From IMG/VR virus record IMGVR_UViG_3300030099_008323, positions 122,104-186,103 of that record: a stretch of 64,000 bases of DNA. The stretch is one strand, 5' to 3'. Below, one piece after another: positions 10,674-19,961 of this stretch. Numbering within the stretch: the stretch's first letter is position 1; the number at the start of each line of letters is the position of its first letter. This stretch comes from a virus. The position numbers and the translations under genes are program-made. The notes under the pieces are model-generated. The model ran no database searches, had not been told where the DNA came from, and was given only the letters and a program-made list of their open reading frames with translations.

Positions 10674-11940
10674 ATTCCTTCACTATACTACTAATTTCAT
10701 CCATCCAATCATCTTCAGACTTAATTGGTAAGACCTCTAGAATTGAGTCAACATATTTTTTATATTGGTTTTCTTGACTAAACTCAGTGCATATCCACTT
10801 CTGTAACTCTTTAGCTCTTTTTTTGAATCTGCCATAATCTTTGTAAATTTCTTCTAAGTTCATTTTTATCGAACCGTCTTCTGGATAAGCCCACATAGAA
10901 TCTTTTTGAAGTACTCCATCCCACACAGCCTCTGGCTGAATTGGTGCTAGATTATAACTAATTCTTGAAAACATATGTTTGTTCTTTGTCTTTCCATTTT
11001 TTTGCTTAGTAGTTTTATATAGAAAATCCAAATGCCCACTCCAATCTGTCGCGGCTACTGGCAAGCCATAGTAAGCAGATTCGAATATAGGTAGCCCAAA
11101 TCCTTCTCCATGTGTTGTCGAAACAAATGCTTTAACCTTGGGGTTTTTATAAATTGCTGACATCTCGTGATCGTTTAAACGACCATGCAGCAAATATATC
11201 TTGCACTTTCGATCACCTAAAGAATTTATCATATTTCTTAAATTATTCAGTGTGTGCGTTCTATCAATAATAGAATTTTTAGCAATATTTGTTTTTAATA
11301 TTAAGCCAACATCTTCATTTTCTCTAAAACAATCAATAAAGTTTTTAATAAGCGCTGTTAAATTTTTACGTGGGCTTATTTGTGCAACAGAAAGAAAGTT
11401 AAAGCTAGTCTTTAAATCAAGCTTAACACTCTCATCCGCTTCATACTCATAAACAGGATAAGAAACATAATCAACAGGCACTTGTGTGCGAAAATCAATC
11501 TCTTCATTTGTTTTATTATTAGTGGCTCTATAAACTGTATTGACATAAGAATCTTTTGAGTGTTTGCTAATAGTAATAATCTTATCCATTAAATAAGATT
11601 TCTCAATCCACTTTGGTGAAACTTTAGTGGTCTCAATGCCTGCGGTGACACCTATGTTAACAGGTGCTATTTTTTCCCATTCATTAGGGATAGATATCTG
11701 TAAAGATGCATCAAAAATACCGCCGGAAGCTGCATATTCAACAGTCTTAGTTATGGCAGCATCTATCCAAAGTCTCTCTTCATCAGTATCCGCCAACCAA
11801 CTAGTCTGTCCCCAGTTAATTGGTTGTATGTAAATATCAAACAAATCTTCCCTAGATCTTAAAGCGCGTAGGACTGTTCTGCTGTGATGGCCATAGCCAG
11901 ATTGAGTTAAAATTGGTGCTTTTAATAATACTTTTTTCAT
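10666..11940 (-). CDS. GT4-like glycosyltransferase
   Basis: PRKN, THGEGFGLPIFESAYYGLPV..T.WSGH. Confidence 0.8.
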   Translation of the reverse strand: MKKVLLKAPILTQSGYGHHSRTVLRALRSREDLFDIYIQPINWGQTSWLADTDEERLWIDAAITKTVEYAASGGIFDASLQISIPNEWEKIAPVNIGVTAGIETTKVSPKWIEKSYLMDKIITISKHSKDSYVNTVYRATNNKTNEEIDFRTQVPVDYVSYPVYEYEADESVKLDLKTSFNFLSVAQISPRKNLTALIKNFIDCFRENEDVGLILKTNIAKNSIIDRTHTLNNLRNMINSLGDRKCKIYLLHGRLNDHEMSAIYKNPKVKAFVSTTHGEGFGLPIFESAYYGLPVAATDWSGHLDFLYKTTKQKNGKTKNKHMFSRISYNLAPIQPEAVWDGVLQKDSMWAYPEDGSIKMNLEEIYKDYGRFKKRAKELQKWICTEFSQENQYKKYVDSILEVLPIKSEDDWMDEISSIVKEYE

Positions 11941-11941
11941 C

Positions 11942-13192
11942 TTATACCTCTAACAGTTGCCAGCGTTTATTATTTTTTCTCTGGCCCCATTTACCATATT
12001 TTACATGTATTTCTTTCAATTTTTTATCCCATGTTTTCCAATATTTCTCAAAATTAAAGTTTTTATCTACATACTCTTTACCTTTAGCTCCCATTTCTTG
12101 TCTTTCTTCTTTAGACATTTTATAGATCTTGGTAAGAGCATTAATAAAATCATCTTTATTAAGTCGATCTTCATAGATATAAGGAATATCTTGTGAGCCA
12201 ATAATGCATTTTGAGGCCGGCTCAATACCAACGCCAAACCATTGCTCGCCATCAGTCACTTGATCTTGTAGCCCGCCAGTCATATTAACGATGATTGGGG
12301 TACCACAAGATAGCGATTCTAGTGTAGCTAGTCCAAAACCTTCTGCATCAGAAATATTGACAGTTACATCAGAAACGTTATACATCATAGCCATATGTTC
12401 AAAATCAACTTTTTGAGTTGAGAATTGCACCTCTCCATCTCGTAGGCCTAGCTTATCAATGATTGCAAACAAGTTAGGCCCATTTGGATCATTAGGATCA
12501 GTATGCATGATTAGTCTAGCCTTATCATGTCCAACATTATCTAAAAATTCTTTAAACCAGAATATCAAAGTACCAGGGTGTTTTCTTCTTGCATTTCTAT
12601 TGTTCCAATAAACTAAAAACTTATCTTGCTCAATATTAAATTTATCTCTTAGAGACGATATTTCCTCTTGAGGCAACGGTTTAAATACATCAGAATTTAC
12701 AGCATGAGGTAAATAAAAAGACTCTACCTCAGGAGAGACAGTTTGCACAATGTCATGAGTTACCTTAGATATGCACCCCACTACATCAGTTGAGTCATAC
12801 CAAACCTTATTATATTGTGGATATGGATAATTATCCCACACATGATAATAAACCATAGGCACTAAAGATCTTATTTCATCTTCAATTTCCCATAGCCACC
12901 CAAAAAATCTAGGATCCGTCATAAACCACAATAGATCTGGCTTTTCCGACATAAGAACTGATCTTACAGATTCTTGTGACCCGTACCCATCAACAGGATA
13001 GATAACTAAATCATCTCCCCATTTATCAGTTCTTTGTGGCTTATAATCTTCATGCTTCACAGCTCCACCAAAACAAACAAAAGAATAATCTCCTGTTTCT
13101 AAAAGATTTTCTATCATATATCGAGTCTGTATACCAACTCCGGATGGAGAAAAAGGGTGATCAGACAAGACAAAAACTTTAATTTTTTTCAT
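11942..13192 (-). CDS. GT4 glycosyltransferase
   Basis: RNARRK, EGFGLATLESLSCGTPII...TGG. Confidence 0.85.
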   Translation of the reverse strand: MKKIKVFVLSDHPFSPSGVGIQTRYMIENLLETGDYSFVCFGGAVKHEDYKPQRTDKWGDDLVIYPVDGYGSQESVRSVLMSEKPDLLWFMTDPRFFGWLWEIEDEIRSLVPMVYYHVWDNYPYPQYNKVWYDSTDVVGCISKVTHDIVQTVSPEVESFYLPHAVNSDVFKPLPQEEISSLRDKFNIEQDKFLVYWNNRNARRKHPGTLIFWFKEFLDNVGHDKARLIMHTDPNDPNGPNLFAIIDKLGLRDGEVQFSTQKVDFEHMAMMYNVSDVTVNISDAEGFGLATLESLSCGTPIIVNMTGGLQDQVTDGEQWFGVGIEPASKCIIGSQDIPYIYEDRLNKDDFINALTKIYKMSKEERQEMGAKGKEYVDKNFNFEKYWKTWDKKLKEIHVKYGKWGQRKNNKRWQLLEV

Positions 13193-13195
13193 TTT

Positions 13196-13975
13196 TTACC
13201 TGCAATGCTCTGTTTTATAAAATTCACAACCAAAACCACTAGTACAAGACAAACGGTTTTTAATATATTTTCTGTTGTTTATATTATAAAGCGCTTGGTT
13301 CAATAATTTAATAGCATTTTGTGTTTTTTTTGGTCCGCTTGTTACGCGAAATATCTCAACGTTATTTGTCTTTGCAGTTCTCTTAAGTAAAGCAAAATGT
13401 GTATCAACATTTGATGCATCAACATTATGCTTCTTTGCAAAGAAGTGTTTGTATAAAGTAAGCTGATAGCTAGTCATTCTATCATTTTTTCTTCTAGAGT
13501 CCCATCCCCAAGAGCATGTTTTCCAATCTATGACATGATACATACCATCTGAAGTTTGAATTACTAAGTCAACAAATCCTTTAAATTTTTGATCATTATT
13601 TTCAATTGCCTCAAATAATTTTTCTTCAATTGATATTAAATCAAAGTTTTTAAACTGTTTTTTTACAGCAGGAAGTATAAAAGATATTATATTTTTACTT
13701 TGAATTCGCATATCTTGCACAAGTTTAGAGTTAATCTCTACATTAGATTTTTTCAAAAACTTAAGTTCATTTAAAAATTTTTTTTCAAACACTTCATGAA
13801 GATTTGTTGCAAAATTGTCCTTCATTAGTACTTCACAGACATAATGCATCGCAGTGCCAAAAGCAGTGTGCTCACTACCTAAAAATTTTTTTACCTCGTC
13901 AATATAGACTAACTTGTGTTTAAAAGCACACTCATTCCATATTTTCAACTCAGAAAATGATATGTGTTTTCTCAC
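13196..13975 (-). CDS. PD-(D/E)XK (RecB/AddB/Cas4-like) exonuclease
   Basis: ISFSEL..W..C, GTAMH, KGFVDL, IDWKT, QL..Y; one N-terminal and three C-terminal Cys (possible Fe-S staple). Confidence 0.8.
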   Translation of the reverse strand: MRKHISFSELKIWNECAFKHKLVYIDEVKKFLGSEHTAFGTAMHYVCEVLMKDNFATNLHEVFEKKFLNELKFLKKSNVEINSKLVQDMRIQSKNIISFILPAVKKQFKNFDLISIEEKLFEAIENNDQKFKGFVDLVIQTSDGMYHVIDWKTCSWGWDSRRKNDRMTSYQLTLYKHFFAKKHNVDASNVDTHFALLKRTAKTNNVEIFRVTSGPKKTQNAIKLLNQALYNINNRKYIKNRLSCTSGFGCEFYKTEHCR

Positions 13976-14316
13976 TTTTTCCTCGGTGCGCGAGTTGATT
14001 TTGTTTTTTTCGATCGTTTTGTTGTTTTTTTAGGTTTATTTTTTTTTATTTCTAAAACTTCTGCCGGAGATTCTTCAATACTTTTTAATTCAAATACCCA
14101 AGTACCACGAGAGCGTTCTAGAAAATAATTATCTAAACCTAAAGTTGGTGAAAGACATTTGCCAAGACGAGTATTTTCGGGCAATTTAATCTTCTTAACT
14201 TCGTTCATTAAAGATGGCATGCCAAATCTAACTCTAGATGTAGGATCAAAACTCATGGGCTCTAATACTACCTCAAAAATTAATTTATTGTCTTTAATAT
14301 AAAAATTTGTTTTCAT
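13972..14316 (-). CDS. Hypothetical protein with basic tail
   Basis: 114-aa ORF overlapping neighbours in operon fashion. Confidence 0.5.
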   Translation of the reverse strand: MKTNFYIKDNKLIFEVVLEPMSFDPTSRVRFGMPSLMNEVKKIKLPENTRLGKCLSPTLGLDNYFLERSRGTWVFELKSIEESPAEVLEIKKNKPKKTTKRSKKTKSTRAPRKK

Positions 14317-14317
14317 G

Positions 14318-15070
14318 TTATGTTACCTCTTCTTCTAAAGAAACTAATTTATCATAAATATAAGGACATAATTTATGTAAATAAACTCTATTTCCTAAAT
14401 AATATTCTTCAAATGCGCGCGCAAAATATTCGTCTAGACTTGTAATTGAATACGGCGCTAAAAATAGTCCTATGGTCATATTATTTAATTTTTCATAGCC
14501 AATACCCCTGTAAAGAAACTTATCAAAAGCATGATTATATTCTGTATTTAAAAAATCATATTGACTTATATCATGATCATGATATTTTAATATTTTTTCT
14601 AGTTTTGACCTCTTAGATAAAAAACTATTTTTTATTTTTTCATCTGCATAGATGTATTCTTCATATCTTTCTAATACTGCATGAGATATCTCATGCACAA
14701 TATCATCTAGAAGATCATTAAAATTATCTTGTTTTGGCGAAACATATATTGCACCGTTCATATATGAAGCATTGATGTTTCTTTTTTCAAAAAAATCAAA
14801 ATTTCCAACATATATAACATCTATTAAGGATAGAAAATCATATGGTAAGAGACGGTTAACCTTATTTACTATCTCCTTAAAAGAAATATCATTTTCAAAT
14901 CTGTCATGAAAAAAAACATTAAAAGATCCGATTTTTTGCTCTGATAAAGAACTCACACTATTCTTTACATAACTTACAAGATTTTGTTTTTTTTGTTTCA
15001 TTTTCAATAATTTGCAACTTTTCATTAATTTGTTGTATCTTGTCTTGATGAATAGCTGCACCATCATCAC
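14318..15070 (-). CDS. HExxH zinc-metallopeptidase-like protein (start uncertain, probably near 14960)
   Basis: DDIVHEISHAV and a downstream EYFARAFE third-ligand-like motif. Confidence 0.55.
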   Translation of the reverse strand: MMMVQLFIKTRYNKLMKSCKLLKMKQKKQNLVSYVKNSVSSLSEQKIGSFNVFFHDRFENDISFKEIVNKVNRLLPYDFLSLIDVIYVGNFDFFEKRNINASYMNGAIYVSPKQDNFNDLLDDIVHEISHAVLERYEEYIYADEKIKNSFLSKRSKLEKILKYHDHDISQYDFLNTEYNHAFDKFLYRGIGYEKLNNMTIGLFLAPYSITSLDEYFARAFEEYYLGNRVYLHKLCPYIYDKLVSLEEEVT

Positions 15071-15281
15071 AAGCCTGTTGGTAGCCTCTAACCCAATTTT
15101 CCTCTGCTATAGCTAGAAGAAATTCTGGAAATTGTGTTGCCATAACCTCTACTATCATCTCTACAGTAACATTAGAATCTTCTGGATTTAATTCTTTGCC
15201 AACATATTCAACTAGCATATTTTTTAAATCATTCTCTGGTTCAACTAATTCTTTTAAACTTAAATTTTCATTTATTTGCAT
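14958..15281 (-). CDS. Hypothetical protein
   Basis: 107-aa ORF coupled to the phoH stop. Confidence 0.55.
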   Translation of the reverse strand: MQINENLSLKELVEPENDLKNMLVEYVGKELNPEDSNVTVEMIVEVMATQFPEFLLAIAEENWVRGYQQACDDGAAIHQDKIQQINEKLQIIENETKKTKSCKLCKE

Positions 15282-16588
15282 TACAATACCTTTGAAGCCA
15301 ATGTCGCAACTTTTGACCTCTCTCCTTTAATTAATGTTATATGAGCAGAAAGCTCATGCGATTTGAATTTTTCAACAGCGTATGAAAGACCATTTGACGT
15401 TGAATCTAAATACACGCTATCAATTTGTTCTACATCTCCTGTTAGAATAATCTTGGTGTTCTCACCAACTCTTGTAATTATAGTTTTTAATTCATGAGTT
15501 GTTAAGTTTTGTGCCTCGTCAATAATAATAAACGCGTTTGATATTGTTCTACCTCTAATATATGTAAGTGCTTCAATTTGTATTGTACCATCCTCAAAAA
15601 GATAGCTCATGTGGTCTTTTTTTCCGTTCAACAAGAAATCAATGTTGTCTTGTATTGGCATCAACCATGGCTTCATTTTTTCTTCCATTGTGCCAGGCAA
15701 ATAACCTATATCTTTACCAAGTGGTTGTACTGGACGAGACACAACTAGTTTTTTATAATTGTTGTCTTCTAGCACCTGTTCTAAGCCTGCAGCTATGGCT
15801 AATAAAGTTTTTCCACAACCAGCCTTACCAACTAAAGTAACAATTGGTATTGTTTCGTCCATCAATACATCTAATGCAAACATTTGCTCTTTGTTTCTAG
15901 GTCTTAGCCCCCATATTCCACTCTTAAACTCTCTTACTTTTTGCAGTGGCGTGTTATAATTTTTAAATTTGACTAATGCTGTTTTTTTCTCATTTGCATT
16001 AGATACCATCATTATAAATTGATTTGATTTAAAATTAGCCTCATCAACATCAATAATCACTTCTTTACCTTCATATATACGATCAATGACTTGATCATCG
16101 ACTAAATGATTTGTTAAACCAGTAAATAATTCACTGCAATCGGTTATAACCTTGTTGGTGACGTAGTCCTCTGTTAATATTCCTAAAGAGTCACATTTTA
16201 CACGCATATTAATATCACGGGTAACAACAATAACTTTTCTTTTAGGATTGTTTTTTTGTTCTGTGATTGCAGTGGTAATTATTTCGTTATCAGCACTCTT
16301 AAGATCGCAGGATTCCGGCATGTCTTCAATATTAAAACCTCGTACAGACAAAATGCCTTTGCCTTTTTGCACTCGGACTCCTTTGTGTAAATTACCCTTT
16401 GATCTAAAACCATCTAATATTCTTATGGTCGACCTAGCATTTAATCCGACGCCATCCTGTCTTTTTTTATGCTTATCTATCTCATCTAAAACTTTTAAAG
16501 GTATCACTATGTCATTGTTACTAAACTCAAAAATAGAATTCGAGTTTGTTAAAAATACATTAGTATCTAATACGTAAATTTTTTTCAT
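15281..16588 (-). CDS. phoH: PIN-domain PhoH-family ATPase
   Basis: N-terminal PIN (YVLDTNV, DNEII, TRDINMRVK); Walker A GKAGCGKT; RGRT; IIDEAQNLT; LTGDVEQID. Confidence 0.92.
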   Translation of the reverse strand: MKKIYVLDTNVFLTNSNSIFEFSNNDIVIPLKVLDEIDKHKKRQDGVGLNARSTIRILDGFRSKGNLHKGVRVQKGKGILSVRGFNIEDMPESCDLKSADNEIITTAITEQKNNPKRKVIVVTRDINMRVKCDSLGILTEDYVTNKVITDCSELFTGLTNHLVDDQVIDRIYEGKEVIIDVDEANFKSNQFIMMVSNANEKKTALVKFKNYNTPLQKVREFKSGIWGLRPRNKEQMFALDVLMDETIPIVTLVGKAGCGKTLLAIAAGLEQVLEDNNYKKLVVSRPVQPLGKDIGYLPGTMEEKMKPWLMPIQDNIDFLLNGKKDHMSYLFEDGTIQIEALTYIRGRTISNAFIIIDEAQNLTTHELKTIITRVGENTKIILTGDVEQIDSVYLDSTSNGLSYAVEKFKSHELSAHITLIKGERSKVATLASKVL

Positions 16589-16624
16589 GCTTTACTCTTA
16601 CCTGAAAAACTAGTTAATCATACA

Positions 16625-17377
16625 ATGCTCAGGATTTTAAATTATTTAGTTATTATTTTGTCATGTCTCACTTTAAATAGTTGCGCCATGCAAACAAACA
16701 TAGTTAAGTCTCTAGAGGATGCAAAAAAATCAGTTTTAAAGATAGAAACATGGGCAAGGCTAGGGCAGTGTAATGAAAAAACTATGACCTGCGGAGATTA
16801 TGAAATGCTGTCTATGGGCTCTGGCGCCATAATACTTTATAAAAATTCAAAAAAAGTATTAACAGCAGCGCATGTGTGTAAACAAGATGATTTTGAGCAA
16901 TTCATTCGAATCAATAATGGTGATTTTTATTTAAAAGCAATTGACAGAGAGGGCAAAGAATATATTCTAGAGAGAATTAAACACAATAAAAAACAAGATA
17001 TATGTCTCCTTCAAAGTGTATCTGGGCCTCTTGGAGATGGACAATATTTAAAGTTATCTGTTAAAAAACCCGAATATGGTGAGCAAGTTTATAACTTGGC
17101 CGGCCCGTTAGGTATAATTGAAGGAGAGATGGTGCCGCTAATGCATGGACAATATTTTGGAGAACAAGATGGTAGCGCTTTCTATAGTATTCCTGCAATT
17201 GGAGGATCATCCGGATCACCAGTAGTTAATTCTAGAGGAGAATTAATTGGTATGATTCACTCTGTGCACTTTCGTTTTCATCATATTTCTCTGTCTGCAA
17301 CACACTCGCAGCTTTGGAATTTTTTAGCGCACGTACATAATCATACATTACGATTCCAGAACTCGTCCCAACATTAA
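16625..17377 (+). CDS. Exported trypsin-like serine protease
   Basis: Signal/lipobox-like N-terminus (LNSC), VLTAAHVC, DICLL, GGSSGSPV catalytic triad motifs. Confidence 0.8.
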   Translation: MLRILNYLVIILSCLTLNSCAMQTNIVKSLEDAKKSVLKIETWARLGQCNEKTMTCGDYEMLSMGSGAIILYKNSKKVLTAAHVCKQDDFEQFIRINNGDFYLKAIDREGKEYILERIKHNKKQDICLLQSVSGPLGDGQYLKLSVKKPEYGEQVYNLAGPLGIIEGEMVPLMHGQYFGEQDGSAFYSIPAIGGSSGSPVVNSRGELIGMIHSVHFRFHHISLSATHSQLWNFLAHVHNHTLRFQNSSQH

Positions 17378-17882
17378 GACTTCTTACAGACCCATATTGT
17401 GGAATTTCAATACAATAATCAGATAAATTTATAGCTTCCTCGGTTAAACCTACTCCCTCTTCTCCAAACATCATTAAAGGTGGTTTTTTTAAAGATAGCC
17501 AATTAAATTTATCTAATGTATGGACTTTAAGATTAGATACGTTGTTCTCGATCGCAATTATAGTATAATTATTTTTCAGCTCTAAAAGTTGAGATAAATT
17601 ACGTTCAAGATGTGTAAGGCAAATATAATGGTGTGTGCCCACTGTGCCGCGTCGGTCATAACGCTTCTTGCCCACATAAAACACCTCTCTAGCGCCAAAA
17701 GCATTTGCATTGCGAATGAGAGTACTAATATTAAAATCTCCTTGCCAATGTTCCATACATACTGCGAAGGGTTTAGAGTTTTTTTGAAGGTCTTTTTTAA
17801 TCGATTCCGTAGGCCAGTCTTTATATTTATCAACAACATTTCTAGTCCACATGCTCCAATAGTCAGACATTATCAGCGCCAA
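17232..17882 (-). CDS. SpoU/TrmH-family RNA 2'-O-methyltransferase
   Basis: DFNISTLIRNANAFG, FGEEGVGL, IPQYGSVRSLNV SPOUT motifs. Confidence 0.85.
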   Translation of the reverse strand: MALIMSDYWSMWTRNVVDKYKDWPTESIKKDLQKNSKPFAVCMEHWQGDFNISTLIRNANAFGAREVFYVGKKRYDRRGTVGTHHYICLTHLERNLSQLLELKNNYTIIAIENNVSNLKVHTLDKFNWLSLKKPPLMMFGEEGVGLTEEAINLSDYCIEIPQYGSVRSLNVGTSSGIVMYDYVRALKNSKAASVLQTEKYDENESAQSESYQLILL

Positions 17883-18186
17883 TAATTATTATATCATCAG
17901 TATTTAAATTTGCAAATAAATTATGTTGTTTATTTTCTATAGCGACAATCGCGTCTTCAATACTATTGTGTTGACCGCAACTTTCATTTGGGTATGATAT
18001 AGCATTATATTTTATCGATAATTTATTTTCAGCAATCATATATAAATTTTTACAATTGTTTTTTTTTATGTCACTGCATGTTTTATTTCCCTTGACTTCA
18101 ATAAAAATATGTCCTAAACATATACCGTCTCTCCAGACATATTTTTTTGATGAGAGAAAATTATCTTTTTTTAAAAAATATTTCAT
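17863..18186 (-). CDS. Hypothetical protein
   Basis: 107-aa ORF in operon orientation. Confidence 0.4.
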   Translation of the reverse strand: MKYFLKKDNFLSSKKYVWRDGICLGHIFIEVKGNKTCSDIKKNNCKNLYMIAENKLSIKYNAISYPNESCGQHNSIEDAIVAIENKQHNLFANLNTDDIIIIGADNV

Positions 18187-18389
18187 TAGTAATTTTCTTG
18201 AATTTCAGTTATTTTTGGGTAACTAGTTTTATATTTGATGGTAATAAAACCTTTAATTTTTGAAGGCTTGGTCGCCTCAATGTGAATTATCTGCAGGTTT
18301 CTACAAAGACAACAATCGCATGCATTATGGCTACCATAATTGCTAGCAATTAACTTTGTATTGCACTCCTCACATTCAATTATAGTCAA
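18186..18389 (-). CDS. Small putative zinc-ribbon protein
   Basis: CEEC ... CDCCLC. Confidence 0.45.
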   Translation of the reverse strand: MTIIECEECNTKLIASNYGSHNACDCCLCRNLQIIHIEATKPSKIKGFITIKYKTSYPKITEIQENY

Positions 18390-18431
18390 TTACTTACTCC
18401 ATCATAATTAACTAGCTACAATTATAATATT

Positions 18432-18508
18432 TGGTTGGCCCAACGGGACTTGAACCCGTGACACCCACTTTATAAGAATGGCGCTCTAACCTACTGAGCT
18501 ATGGGCCA
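18432..18508 (-). tRNA. tRNA-Ile(UAU)
   Basis: Hand-folded: acceptor TGGCCCA/TGGGCCA, D arm GCTC/GAGC, anticodon arm CCATT-CT[TAT]AA-AGTGG, T arm ACGGG-TTCAAGT-CCCGT, encoded 3' ACCA. Confidence 0.92.
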
Positions 18509-18512
18509 GTAA

Positions 18513-18710
18513 TCAATCTAGTAGTAGCTGTAATTGCTTATCTTTTTTTTCAGTAAGATTCTGCTCTTCTTGCACTTCCATATACTGAAGGCTAGCTAAA
18601 TGAGGATACTTCTCAAACACTTGCGGAAGGGTCAAATTTTCCGTCATTTGAATTTTTTTTATTTCTTCGCTTACCTTTCCCATTCTTTTTATTCTCCTTT
18701 TTAATATCAA
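18513..18710 (-). CDS. Hypothetical protein (start probably internal)
   Basis: Short ORF with phage-like composition. Confidence 0.45.
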   Translation of the reverse strand: MILKRRIKRMGKVSEEIKKIQMTENLTLPQVFEKYPHLASLQYMEVQEEQNLTEKKDKQLQLLLD

Positions 18711-18894
18711 AATCAGGGTGCAATCTAGTTTTTACTACAAACATATCTTTGGAAGCTAAAAATTTAACTTTAACTTGCATGCCCTTATGTGAATCATTAC
18801 CTTCCCAAATACTTAATAACTTTTTTCTTTTTGTATCAGCCAAATCAAATGATTTATGAAAGCTTTCATTTTTCCATGGTTTATTTACACTCAA
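18613..18894 (-). CDS. Hypothetical basic protein
   Basis: 93-aa ORF. Confidence 0.5.
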   Translation of the reverse strand: MSVNKPWKNESFHKSFDLADTKRKKLLSIWEGNDSHKGMQVKVKFLASKDMFVVKTRLHPDFDIKKENKKNGKGKRRNKKNSNDGKFDPSASV

Positions 18895-18970
18895 AATATT
18901 CTCCTTGTAATAGTGTTTGCAAACTACAAAGATATTATAATAACAAATATTATATAATTTAAACTAATAT

Positions 18971-19483
18971 TTAATTATTTGAATTATTATATTCTACTCT
19001 AGTGCCTAGCGCTCTATCGACCCAATCAGTGGTTACTCCCCAGTTAGCATCTTGGTTCTTGCCCATGTGATGATCATAGTGCCATGGTAAGTGCTGTTTG
19101 CACCAAGCTGGATCTAAATGAGCTTTTTTATGTATTATATAATATTTTATTGCACAATATATTAAAGTAATGTAAAATAAAGGAGTAACTAGTATTAAAG
19201 GTAAGTGAAAAATACCTAATACTATCAAACCTATTATTTCTCCTCTAGCAGCTGGATCAAATAAACCTTTACTATAATCTGGATCGTAGTTATTGTTTTT
19301 ACGAGAGCTTCGATGATGACCATGCCAATGTGAAGCCCATCTACTTTTTTTATTTTTTCCTAAACCATGTAATACATACTTATGCAAAACCCACTCTAAT
19401 ATATTGGAATATATAATTCCAAGCGGGATGCATAAAAGATGCAATGCTGCTAGCAAGGTCACCCCATAGATTGGTACCTCCAA
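18971..19483 (-). CDS. Fatty-acid hydroxylase/sterol desaturase-family membrane protein
   Basis: His boxes EWVLHKYVLH, HWHGHH, H..H, WHYDHH; NWGVT..WVD; hydrophobic segments. Confidence 0.8.
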   Translation of the reverse strand: MEVPIYGVTLLAALHLLCIPLGIIYSNILEWVLHKYVLHGLGKNKKSRWASHWHGHHRSSRKNNNYDPDYSKGLFDPAARGEIIGLIVLGIFHLPLILVTPLFYITLIYCAIKYYIIHKKAHLDPAWCKQHLPWHYDHHMGKNQDANWGVTTDWVDRALGTRVEYNNSNN

Positions 19484-19522
19484 AGATAACTAGCAGTAAG
19501 TGTCATAAAAACAAATAAGTTA

Positions 19523-19813
19523 TTATTTTTTTAAACCTTTCTTGCCTCTTTCAGCATCACTTTCATTTTGCACACCATGTCTAGTATCTTCTTTCATATC
19601 ATCATCGCGCTTAGGATCGCCGTGTTCTTTAACAACAGCTTCTTCGACATTCTCTCTTAGAAGTCCACGAACAATAGTATTACCAAATTTCATATCATAA
19701 ACACCAATTTCTCCGTTTTCATTTAATGAGTGCCACAAAACTTCTCCTACTGCATCTTCATCAGAAATGCCGTATCTCTCTTGAAGGTCTGAACTCAGAC
19801 GCCCTTCCCTCAT
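19523..19813 (-). CDS. Hypothetical protein
   Basis: 96-aa ORF abutting the leader-gene cluster. Confidence 0.55.
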   Translation of the reverse strand: MREGRLSSDLQERYGISDEDAVGEVLWHSLNENGEIGVYDMKFGNTIVRGLLRENVEEAVVKEHGDPKRDDDMKEDTRHGVQNESDAERGKKGLKK

Positions 19814-19960
19814 TCATTTGTGTTGGATGGCTTTAAGCTCTTTCTTTTCCTTGCTTGTTAAACTCTTCTTTGCTTTAAGTTCTTTTTGCCTAGCTTTCTG
19901 AGTTTTTGTCAACTCACCTTCATTAACAAAATTTCTAAAGTTTTCAAATAATTTTTTCAT
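19814..19960 (-). CDS. 48-aa basic microprotein with MKKLFENFR leader (not in ORF track)
   Basis: MKKLFENFRNFVNEGELTKTQKARQKELKAKKSLTSKEKKELKAIQHK; RBS AGGAG upstream; stop abuts the next ATG. Confidence 0.7.
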   Translation of the reverse strand: MKKLFENFRNFVNEGELTKTQKARQKELKAKKSLTSKEKKELKAIQHK

Positions 19961-19961
19961 T

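Noticed and set aside
1-13192. Bacterial chromosomal O-antigen locus (i.e. window is host DNA or a prophage junction)
   Set aside because: No wzx/wzy/rml or housekeeping context; the cluster runs directly into phage-type nuclease and phoH genes with the same strand and composition, and no att site or integrase is seen
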